Of a stretch of 64,000 nucleotides of DNA, positions 49,387 through 58,007 are shown one piece after another. Source of the DNA: an uncultured bacterium (GTDB taxonomy: Bacteria; Babelota; Babeliae; Babelales; Babelaceae); contig CAWGPQ010000008.1 of assembly GCA_963824495.1 (NCBI GenBank), positions 128,001-192,000 on the forward strand. Reading direction: 5' to 3'. Under the pieces are notes generated by a model. The model ran no database searches. It saw only the letters and a list, made by a program, of their open reading frames with translations, and was not told where the DNA came from. Position 1 is the first letter of the stretch. Every line of letters starts with the position of its first letter. Position numbers and translations under genes: made by a program.

Positions 49387-50381
49387 GAAACTACGTTACT
49401 AGGTTTGTTATTTAAGAAATTTCGTATATCGGTTTCGGTAACTCCTAAGGTACGCTGACAGTCCTCTTGTGTATTAAAGGCAATATGAGGAGTTACAATT
49501 ACGTGAGGATGCCGAATGAGGTGATAATTTATAAGAGCAAGCTTGATTTCTTCAAGATCGGTTATCTCTGCTATTAGTGCAGGTGACTTCATGAATTTTT
49601 CACCCTCAAAAACATCGAGCCCTGCTCCTTCTATTATTTTTGCATCAAGCGCGCGCAAGAGTGCTGGTGTGTCGACAAGTTTTCCATCGGCAGTATTAAT
49701 TAAAAGCGCTCCACGCTTAATGTGTTTCATAGTATCTTCATTGAGCATATGATGGGTAGCTTTGTTATAAGGCACATGAAGCGTAATGATATCAGCCTGC
49801 TTTAAAAGCTCCTCAAACGAACTGACATAGGTAAAATTCAAGCGCTTTGCCAATTGCTCGTCAACTCGCTTATCAAAAGCAATGACCTTCATAGCAAAGC
49901 CGTTACCGATAGTAACAACATGCTGGCCAACATTGCCAACACCAACAACCCCTAGTACCTTGCCCCTAAGATCGAATCCTATCAAACCCCCCGACCTAAA
50001 ATCATAGTGTTTTGCCTGTTCATTTGCTTGTACTATGGAACGTGAAAGAGCAAGAATAAGCCCAAAAGCAAACTCAGCAACAGTATTTACACCATACTGG
50101 GGAACATTTGATACAAGAATATTTTTTTCTTTTGTTGCCGCTAAATCTACATGATCGACGGCTACCGTTGGCGTAATAATGTATTTTAAATTGGGTAAAG
50201 CATTAAGTAGCTCACGCGTAACATACGTAGCTGGTGAAATAACAATAATCTGTGCATCTTGGTAACTAGGGGCATTTTTGACGGAAAGCGGCTCATAAAT
50301 AACACGAGGCTGTAAATCATATAAGTGATCCGCTATATATTTTTCCTGGCAGCCCTTAACATCAAAGAAATAAGTAGTCAT
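49383..50381 (-). CDS. D-isomer-specific 2-hydroxyacid dehydrogenase family protein
   Basis: GVVGVGNVG Rossmann motif, ITLHVP, GLDVFEGE, TPHIAF; start placed at ATG 50381. Confidence 0.92.
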   Translation of the reverse strand: MTTYFFDVKGCQEKYIADHLYDLQPRVIYEPLSVKNAPSYQDAQIIVISPATYVTRELLNALPNLKYIITPTVAVDHVDLAATKEKNILVSNVPQYGVNTVAEFAFGLILALSRSIVQANEQAKHYDFRSGGLIGFDLRGKVLGVVGVGNVGQHVVTIGNGFAMKVIAFDKRVDEQLAKRLNFTYVSSFEELLKQADIITLHVPYNKATHHMLNEDTMKHIKRGALLINTADGKLVDTPALLRALDAKIIEGAGLDVFEGEKFMKSPALIAEITDLEEIKLALINYHLIRHPHVIVTPHIAFNTQEDCQRTLGVTETDIRNFLNNKPSNVVS

Positions 50382-50547
50382 TGTTAATTTTCTCGCCTCC
50401 ACAAAGTTAATTACAATTATATATTTATAACCTATTTTATATATTACTATATTTACAATTAATTAATCAAGGGTCTGTGTACGATTTTTTAGGCTAAAAA
50501 TATTCAAATTCTAAAAAGTCCTATTGACAAGCGTATAGAGCCTAAGT

Positions 50548-50613
50548 GGTGGAATTTTTACCACGATATGGTAGAATACCTACCAGATAGCGGTGGAATT
50601 TTACTGAATTTAG
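50548..50613. repeat. Three degenerate 22-bp units with GGTRGAAT cores
   Basis: GGTGGAATTTT at 50548, GGTAGAATACC at 50570, GGTGGAATTTT at 50592. Confidence 0.6.
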
Positions 50614-50692
50614 GAAGATTTTTATGTTTTTCCAGCAAAAACATGTGCGGCACCAATTGCATCAACCGTAGACCACAAACGCTCAACAATAA

Positions 50693-51532
50693 TCACCATG
50701 ATAGGAATTTAACTACCGCTTCGGATTCCTTAAGAACAAGATCAACGTGTTCATTGGTCAAGCCTATATGAGCAAGCATATCTCTATGATGTTCAAGATC
50801 GCGGCAGAGAACAATATTTTGCTCAAGCAAAAGCAGTTTTTGTTGATGCGTAAGTGATGTCAAACAGGTAAGAGGCTGAACACCAAGCTTATCAATTAAA
50901 TGCGCTATATTGTCGACTTCAGGATATGACCATCCAAGCAAGTGCAAGCCAACACATGCTCCATAGGCTATCGCTGGTGTAGTAAATTTTGTATTGGTTA
51001 CAAGCCATCCCTGATTAAAATGATAACCATGCTCTGGAAACTTTTGATAACCTAATGCAATATCGTCAAATCGAGCTTTGACATAAAGGGCTATTTTAAC
51101 GTCTACTTTAATCCCTTGCTCATGATGAAACTTGCATTCCACCATAGAGCGTTGATCACCGCGTAAAGCCACAACATCAACTTCGTGCTCAACACATAAC
51201 CCTTGTTTGATTTGATCGACAGCAATCGTATAGTCTTGATACTTAAAGATTTCAGCAACAAAACGTTCAAAGGAAAAACCCGACGGTCCTAATTCATATA
51301 GAGCATTTTTCAGGTTATAACGAGAAGCAAGGGGGCGATTTATCATGCGTAAATAATTATAAGCATAGGCATAGATAGCATACGTTGTCTGTAACTCAGG
51401 TGCTTGCTCAACCTCTGTGATAAGCTTATCGATAACCTGATCGCTGGCACCAGCTTTTCGCAATGAACGAGCAAACTTTTCAGCATCAAAGGGCTCAACT
51501 TCACCTGAAGCTTTTTTTATAGATCGAATCAT
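50693..51532 (-). CDS. ATP-cone + PD-(D/E)xK (Mrr-like) nuclease-domain protein
   Basis: IKKASGEVEPFDAEK ATP cone; GFSFERFV..., EVDV...VECK nuclease motifs; VTNTKFT. Confidence 0.85.
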   Translation of the reverse strand: MIRSIKKASGEVEPFDAEKFARSLRKAGASDQVIDKLITEVEQAPELQTTYAIYAYAYNYLRMINRPLASRYNLKNALYELGPSGFSFERFVAEIFKYQDYTIAVDQIKQGLCVEHEVDVVALRGDQRSMVECKFHHEQGIKVDVKIALYVKARFDDIALGYQKFPEHGYHFNQGWLVTNTKFTTPAIAYGACVGLHLLGWSYPEVDNIAHLIDKLGVQPLTCLTSLTHQQKLLLLEQNIVLCRDLEHHRDMLAHIGLTNEHVDLVLKESEAVVKFLSW

Positions 51533-51662
51533 ACGAAACCTTTCTTTTTAGCGCTCTTTTTATAGATCACAGAACACGAGCCTTTACAAAAACTACTTTG
51601 AAGTATTGATAATTTCAGCTAGACTAAAAGTTTCAATAGTTTTTTAATAAATAGGATTAACC

Positions 51663-53081
51663 ATGTATAGCAACAAATATAGCAACAAAAAAGCACACAT
51701 ACATTTTCTTGGTATCGGTGGCATTGGCATGAGCGGCATTGCCAAGATCTTACACTACCAGGGATATAGTATCTCCGGTTGCGATAGTGATCTTGAACAA
51801 AAGAGTATAGAAGATCTTAAACAATGTGGCTGCACAATCTATCAGGGCAACGATACCCCTGCATGTCATGATCCATCTATCGATATTTTAGTTTATTCCT
51901 CAGCACTTAAAGCAGATAACCCTGAGATTATTGCTGCACAGCAACGAGGCATTCCTACTATACCTCGTGCAGTCATGCTTGCTGAAATCATGAGAACAAA
52001 ATATAGCATTGCTATTGCAGGTGCCCATGGAAAGACCACAACTACATCACTTATTTCGCACGTACTTATTGAAGCTGCTTGTGACCCAACGGTTATTATT
52101 GGGGGGCACCTAAAAAATATTTCAGCAAATGCCCGCTTGGGACGGGGCGATTTTCTTGTGGCTGAAACGGATGAAAGCGACAGGTCATTATTACGACTTT
52201 ATCCAACACTTGCAGTTGTAACAAATATTGACCGAGAACATCTTGATGTCTATCATGATCTAGAAGATATTAAAAATACGTTTAAGCAGTTTTTAAGCAA
52301 TTTACCTTTTTATGGAAAAGCCATTCTCTGTATTGATGACCCTCATGTTCGTTCACTCTTACCACTGCCCCATATAAAAACAATCAAATATGGATTTACA
52401 CCTGACGCTGACATCTACGCTGATCATCTTGTACTTGAGCGTGATCACTCTGAATTTGACGTATACCAAAAACATGTGCCTGAGCCCTTCGGACACGTTC
52501 GTCTAGCAATGCCCGGTCGCCATAATGTGCTTAATGCGCTGGCAACAATTACCGTAGCACTCGACTTATCACTGCCTTTTGCGGTAATAGCTCAAGCTCT
52601 TGAAAATTTTAAAGGTGTTGAGCGACGCTTCAGCTTCAAGGGTATCTATAAAGGAGCAGAACTCTTTGATGACTATGGGCATCATCCGACAGAAATTTAT
52701 AATACCCTTAACGTAGCACGAAAACGAGCAGGCAATAATCTCACGGTTGTTTTTCAGCCTCAACGCTACTCAAGAACCTATCATCTGTGGGATGATTTTA
52801 TTGACATATTCTTAAACAGTACTGTTGATCACCTGATTATTACTGATATTTATCCTGCAAGCGAAAAACCAATCGAAACTGTTACCAGCAATCGACTCGC
52901 GTTAGAACTTATTCAGAAAAATCCAAGCTTTACCGTAACCTATATACCTGCTGATACTAACTTTTCATTAGTACATCAAGCCCTTGATGGTATTATTCAT
53001 CCAGGAGATCTTGTTCTCTTTCTCGGGGCAGGTAAAGTTAATAAACTCGCCGATAACTTGAAAAACGCAAATAACCAATAA
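51663..53081 (+). CDS. murC: UDP-N-acetylmuramate--L-alanine ligase
   Basis: GIGGIGMSG, GAHGKTTT, ETDESD, DDYGHHPTEI. Confidence 0.97.
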   Translation: MYSNKYSNKKAHIHFLGIGGIGMSGIAKILHYQGYSISGCDSDLEQKSIEDLKQCGCTIYQGNDTPACHDPSIDILVYSSALKADNPEIIAAQQRGIPTIPRAVMLAEIMRTKYSIAIAGAHGKTTTTSLISHVLIEAACDPTVIIGGHLKNISANARLGRGDFLVAETDESDRSLLRLYPTLAVVTNIDREHLDVYHDLEDIKNTFKQFLSNLPFYGKAILCIDDPHVRSLLPLPHIKTIKYGFTPDADIYADHLVLERDHSEFDVYQKHVPEPFGHVRLAMPGRHNVLNALATITVALDLSLPFAVIAQALENFKGVERRFSFKGIYKGAELFDDYGHHPTEIYNTLNVARKRAGNNLTVVFQPQRYSRTYHLWDDFIDIFLNSTVDHLIITDIYPASEKPIETVTSNRLALELIQKNPSFTVTYIPADTNFSLVHQALDGIIHPGDLVLFLGAGKVNKLADNLKNANNQ

Positions 53082-53177
53082 AATATTGATTTTATAGGTA
53101 CCGAATGTTTATGCTAAAAATGCTAAGTCTTACACTATATCTTACACTATAAAATAGCAGAAGGGAGAAACGCAATC

Positions 53178-53546
53178 ATGAACACAAAGAGGTATTCTAT
53201 AGTCACTCTTGGCATTATAGCCACCTGCTCAAGTACGCCATTACTTACACGAGGGGGATTTGGTGCTTGCTTTGGCGGATCATTTTTAGGAACAGCAACG
53301 GGGACCATGTTTGGCAATGCAATAAGCCAGTCTTACCAGCCTCGTGAACGGGAAGTTGTTTATTATTCACAACCTACCTATTCAGCACAAGCACCTACAC
53401 GACAACAACCCAATGCTCTTGAGCAAGAACGCTTATATCTCAAGCGAAAAGAGCTTGAACTTAAAGAGCGAGAAATTGCTCTTCAAGAAAAAAGAGAGCA
53501 AAACCGCCAACGTGAGCTTGAGTTAGAGCTCATAAAAGAACGCTAA
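53178..53546 (+). CDS. Hypothetical secreted protein, Gly-zipper-like segment plus coiled coil
   Basis: AAGGGAG RBS; GGFGACFGGSFLGTATGTMFG; ELELKERE coiled coil. Confidence 0.7.
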   Translation: MNTKRYSIVTLGIIATCSSTPLLTRGGFGACFGGSFLGTATGTMFGNAISQSYQPREREVVYYSQPTYSAQAPTRQQPNALEQERLYLKRKELELKEREIALQEKREQNRQRELELELIKER

Positions 53547-53710
53547 ACGGTAACGGTGACGCCCTATCCATTCTTATCTCTCAAAACCTAACTCACATTA
53601 GAATATTTTTAGCTTACCATGTTAACTTTATAAATTTATTGATTTTTTTAAATATTACGTGCTAATATAAAAAAATAATTAGAAATCATATTAGGCCTAA
53701 GGGAGAAGAT

Positions 53711-54763
53711 ATGAAAAGGCAAATTATTTCTAAAGCTATAGTTCTAAGTATTATTTTTACTACAGCATGGGTGACCGTATCCTTGACGCAAGATCAATTA
53801 AGTATATGTACTGGATTAGGCCAAACAGTACTATTAAGTTCTGTTGCTGACGTTAGGAAAGCATATCATAAATTTGCCGTTAACTGCCATCCAGATAAAT
53901 TTAAAAATCCCGATGAAAAGAAAGAAGCACATGAGTTATTTTATAAAATTGGCAACTTTTACGAGAAAGCCATAGGCAAGACGCCAATAACAACTGAATA
54001 TACACCACCACCAGGTTATGGCTCTACACCACCATCGAGTTCTTATTGGGGTTATCGGGATGAAGCAGCATATAAGACATATCTTGTCAATAAAGCCCTA
54101 TACACTGCGGCAACGAATGGTGATACCAAAGCTGCAGAGGAAGCAATTACTCAAGGTGCTAATGTTAATTATGCCGGCGATGATAATAGCACCCCTCTTA
54201 TTCAAGCAGCTTGGAGTGGCCATCCCGACATGGTTAAACTGCTTATAAAATATGATGCTGATGTTAATCTTGCCAACGATAAGGGCAGTACTGCTCTTAC
54301 CCTAGCGGCTATGCTTGGACGTACAAATATAGTTGAGCAACTTCTGAATGCTGATGCTGATATTAATCATGCTGGTTATTTTGGCCGCACTGCTCTTATA
54401 TGGGCAGCTAAAGAAGGGTCCACGGATACAGTTAAGCTTCTTATACAATCGAAGGCTAACCTTAATCAGACTGATAATAATGGAAAGACGGCGCTTATGT
54501 TTGCAGCTAGGTTGAAAAATCTAGATATAGCAGGACTGCTTACAGAAGCTGGCGCTAATGTTAATCATGCTGATGATGATGATGGCATCACAGCTCTATT
54601 AGAAGCAGTTGCCCAAGGAAACATCAATATGGTTAGGCTGCTTATAGAGCACGGCGCTGACGTTAATCATGCTTATAGCGGCGGCACCGCCCTCACGTTG
54701 GCTCAACAGAGAAATTATAGCGATATAGCTAAGCTACTCCAACAACACAATGCTCGCTCGTAA
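53711..54763 (+). CDS. Secreted J-domain + ankyrin repeat protein
   Basis: Signal peptide; VRKAYHKFAVNCHPDKF; Pro/Ser/Tyr linker; about 7 ankyrin repeats. Confidence 0.9.
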   Translation: MKRQIISKAIVLSIIFTTAWVTVSLTQDQLSICTGLGQTVLLSSVADVRKAYHKFAVNCHPDKFKNPDEKKEAHELFYKIGNFYEKAIGKTPITTEYTPPPGYGSTPPSSSYWGYRDEAAYKTYLVNKALYTAATNGDTKAAEEAITQGANVNYAGDDNSTPLIQAAWSGHPDMVKLLIKYDADVNLANDKGSTALTLAAMLGRTNIVEQLLNADADINHAGYFGRTALIWAAKEGSTDTVKLLIQSKANLNQTDNNGKTALMFAARLKNLDIAGLLTEAGANVNHADDDDGITALLEAVAQGNINMVRLLIEHGADVNHAYSGGTALTLAQQRNYSDIAKLLQQHNARS

Positions 54764-54834
54764 TTCTTAATGGGCTTATCTGTGCCTATAAAGCTCGAAG
54801 AGCACAACCGCCAAAATGTGCACCAAATAGTCAC

Positions 54835-56931
54835 CTACCCATTTGAATTAGGATTAGGATTAGACAGGAAGCGAACTATACGAGCTATAATTTCTTCAGG
54901 CATACCAATAGCTGGAACATTTCTACCCTGAGCATGCACTTGCTGAAAAAGTTCTTGATCACGCAAAATCTCAGGTATAATTCTTTCTCTGCTCAACATA
55001 TCAATAATGGCAGTGTGCCCAAGCTCACGTGCTACATCAAATGGTGTCTGACTTCTCGTATTGCATATAGTATGATCAGCATGAGCATTAAGCAGTATTT
55101 GAACTATACCAGCATGACCTTGCTGTATCGCCAAGTGCAATGGTGTATCGCCATTACCATTTATAGCATTGATATTTGCATTATGAGCAAGTAATGCTTC
55201 AATACTAAGCACGGTATTACGCAGGACAGCAGCGTGAAGTGGCGTATTGCCATCGCTATTTACAGCATTAATATTTGCACCATTACTCAGTAATATTCTA
55301 ATGCCATGGGTATTATTATGAAGAGCAGCATAATGTAATGCAGTATTACCATCCATATTTTCTACAGTATGATCAGCATGAGCCGCAAGCACTGCTCGAA
55401 CTATATCTGCGTTGTTATGTCGCATTGCTAAATGTAATGGTGTATTGCCATCATTATTTCTCACGTTAACATGAGCACCGTCGCTAAGTAACGATCTTAT
55501 ACCATAGGTATTATTATGAAGAGCAGCGTAATGTAATGCAGTATTACCATCGGTATCCTGTGCATCAACGGGAGCAATACCACCCAATGTTTCAGCTTGG
55601 TCCAAAATGTGCTGTATAACATCTTCAGGATTAAAGTCCTGCCGATTAGGCAGTGCCACAAAAGCTTCTTGCAAGACCTCCCTTATTACTGACCCCATCG
55701 CATAAGTTTCCAAAAGCCTAATAACGTTTTGGTAGCGTTTGGCTGTATTGATATCTTCGCGTGCAGCTGCTTCTCTTCCATTGCGTTGGGCCAACTGGAG
55801 AGCCGTTAAGCCTTCGTTATGGCCAAGCCTATTGGTAAGCATAAAATTAGCCCCAGCTTCAAGAAGAGCCTGCACGATATCTACATGGCCTTGTGCTGCA
55901 GCCCAATGGAGGGCAGTAAAACCGTGAGCATCTCGTTGATTAATGTCGACAAAGTTTGCTTGCTGCTGCGTACCACCATAGGCAGCATTAATTAAGCCTT
56001 TGAAATATGCTTGTATTGTCTGTATAACAGATGGTGATTGAGCTTGTGCTGCTTGCTGTAACACTAGGTTTTCAGCTCTTACTTCATGAGGTATCGCTTC
56101 AAGAAGCTGAGTTATTGTATCCCTATCGCCTGTTGCTGCAGCAGTGTTAAGAGGCAGCCGAATAAGCTGATGTATCATACTTAAATCTTGCTCTACAAGA
56201 AAATCTACTTCGGCTAAATTTGGGCTCACACCCCCATGCTCCAGAAGAAAAAGTAGGGCACGGTATCCACGAATACTGTCAAACTCACCTTCATTGCGCG
56301 ACAATTCTAAGCCAGCTCTTACAACTTGCATAAGCGCCTCGCCCTCACCTCGTGCGTTAAGATCAGCTCCATAATCCAAAAGAAGTTGCATTATCTTAAG
56401 ATAAACAGACCTATCAAGATTTAGCTCGATTTCCTTTATTAAACGATAGTCTGCCGAAAACCTATAATATATACTTAAAAGATAGGCATAAAGTGCGACT
56501 CCGAAAGGATTTGTCGCAAATCGGTCTCTTGTATAGGTATGAGCGCCTAATTGCAGCAGCAATCCCACTACCTCTAGATTTCCTCTTGCCGATGCCCAAT
56601 AAAGAGCTGTATGACACGCTCCATTCTCGTAGTTGATATTAGCATCATGCTCAATTAAAAATTTTAAGATATCCCAATGACCATGAACAGCAGCTACTAG
56701 CAAAGGCGTTAGCTGATAGTGTTGACCGAATCCTTGATCGTCTACTACAATATTGACGTTAGCTCCTTGATTTACAAGATTTTCGACAAGGCTTAAGTTG
56801 CCTTGTGCTGTGGCATCAAAGAGCTGCCTATCAAGCTCGGCCTGATCGATAGCATTCATTGCTTGTACACTTGATGCCATAAACGAAAAAAATAAAGCCA
56901 TATACGTTATATTTTTTACAAACCTGATCAT
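54835..56931 (-). CDS. Secreted ankyrin repeat protein with F-box-like C-terminus
   Basis: Signal peptide ending VQA-M; two ankyrin blocks; tail MPEEIIARIVRFL. Confidence 0.88.
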   Translation of the reverse strand: MIRFVKNITYMALFFSFMASSVQAMNAIDQAELDRQLFDATAQGNLSLVENLVNQGANVNIVVDDQGFGQHYQLTPLLVAAVHGHWDILKFLIEHDANINYENGACHTALYWASARGNLEVVGLLLQLGAHTYTRDRFATNPFGVALYAYLLSIYYRFSADYRLIKEIELNLDRSVYLKIMQLLLDYGADLNARGEGEALMQVVRAGLELSRNEGEFDSIRGYRALLFLLEHGGVSPNLAEVDFLVEQDLSMIHQLIRLPLNTAAATGDRDTITQLLEAIPHEVRAENLVLQQAAQAQSPSVIQTIQAYFKGLINAAYGGTQQQANFVDINQRDAHGFTALHWAAAQGHVDIVQALLEAGANFMLTNRLGHNEGLTALQLAQRNGREAAAREDINTAKRYQNVIRLLETYAMGSVIREVLQEAFVALPNRQDFNPEDVIQHILDQAETLGGIAPVDAQDTDGNTALHYAALHNNTYGIRSLLSDGAHVNVRNNDGNTPLHLAMRHNNADIVRAVLAAHADHTVENMDGNTALHYAALHNNTHGIRILLSNGANINAVNSDGNTPLHAAVLRNTVLSIEALLAHNANINAINGNGDTPLHLAIQQGHAGIVQILLNAHADHTICNTRSQTPFDVARELGHTAIIDMLSRERIIPEILRDQELFQQVHAQGRNVPAIGMPEEIIARIVRFLSNPNPNSNG

Positions 56932-57055
56932 GGTGCGCTCTCCAATAAAAGCTCATTTTAATATCAAACTAACTTAATTAATTATAGTTGAAACTTTAAA
57001 ATAAGCAACTTGAGCTGAAAGCTACGCTTGGATTCCATTTACAAGAGTTATACAT

Positions 57056-57505
57056 TTAAAGTTGATTTTTAGGACTTATAAAGAGAACAACCTCATGCTC
57101 ATCAGGCTTACCTGCTTGAGCTCGTAGACGAATTGATATAGTGCACCAGGTATATGGCTTCTCGTAAAGCAAAACAACCTCGGGTATGGTGGTCATGCTT
57201 CCCCTCTCTCTCCAGCCAAAACGCTCCATGTCTGTACGATAGAGCTCGATAAGCGGTTCACGTGCGAGAGATGTACTAAACTTAAAAGCACGAGTGTCAC
57301 CATCAGATGGTAGTGCCTGTGGTTGTGCATAGAGGGGCAATGGAATATCAACCAGTTGTGCTTCATCAACAAGCTTAGAGGCAGGAGAACTATCCTCTCC
57401 CACCTCTACTTCTCTATCTGTTTTACTATCTGTTTTAATACATGATGGAACAGCCATAAGAGTAAGAGCAAGTATGCTTGCTAAAGACCATAGATACAGT
57501 TCCAT
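57056..57505 (-). CDS. Hypothetical lipoprotein-like protein
   Basis: Hydrophobic N-terminus followed by AVPS-C; starts 21 nt after rplS. Confidence 0.65.
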   Translation of the reverse strand: MELYLWSLASILALTLMAVPSCIKTDSKTDREVEVGEDSSPASKLVDEAQLVDIPLPLYAQPQALPSDGDTRAFKFSTSLAREPLIELYRTDMERFGWRERGSMTTIPEVVLLYEKPYTWCTISIRLRAQAGKPDEHEVVLFISPKNQL

Positions 57506-57526
57506 TACCTGTTATGCCAGAAAGTT

Positions 57527-57937
57527 TTACGATTGTGAAGCTGTTTCTGAGGCGTTGGCTTTTTGAGCTCTTGTTACAATTTTTTCTCGTACTCGAGCAG
57601 CCTTGCCAACACGATTTCTCAAGTAATAAAGCTTGGCGCGTCGAACATCGCCTTTACGTAAATAGTTAATCGACTCAATCAAAGGTGAATACAGAGGAAA
57701 AACACGCTCAACTGCAACACCATGAGCACCTATACGTCGTAACGTGAATGTCGAAGAGATGCCATGCCTACGCAAAGCAATAACGTCTCCCTCAAATACT
57801 TGAGTTCGCACCACCTTACCACCCTCAACGATACGCTGAACAACTTCCAGAGCATCCCCTACCCTAAATAGAGGGAAGCCTCGATCAATTATACCAATAG
57901 TGCTAATGGTTTCTCTTGTATATTTTTTTGCTTTCAT
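57527..57937 (-). CDS. rplS: 50S ribosomal protein L19
   Basis: [27 protein letters not shown]. Confidence 0.98.
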   Translation of the reverse strand: MKAKKYTRETISTIGIIDRGFPLFRVGDALEVVQRIVEGGKVVRTQVFEGDVIALRRHGISSTFTLRRIGAHGVAVERVFPLYSPLIESINYLRKGDVRRAKLYYLRNRVGKAARVREKIVTRAQKANASETASQS

Positions 57938-58007
57938 AGTAGTCCTAGTAGATACATTTCATAATAACCGTTTACATAACCTGGCAAAATATTTAGTATA
58001 TCATAGT

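Noticed and set aside
50548..50613. 22-bp periodic repeats as a possible mini-CRISPR
   Set aside because: Units are contiguous and degenerate, with no 25-40-nt spacers and no cas genes; kept only as an operator-like array.
50568..50771. 67-aa plus-strand ORF downstream of a TTGACA
   Set aside because: No RBS or motif, no -10 at proper spacing, and it overlaps the nuclease gene antisense.
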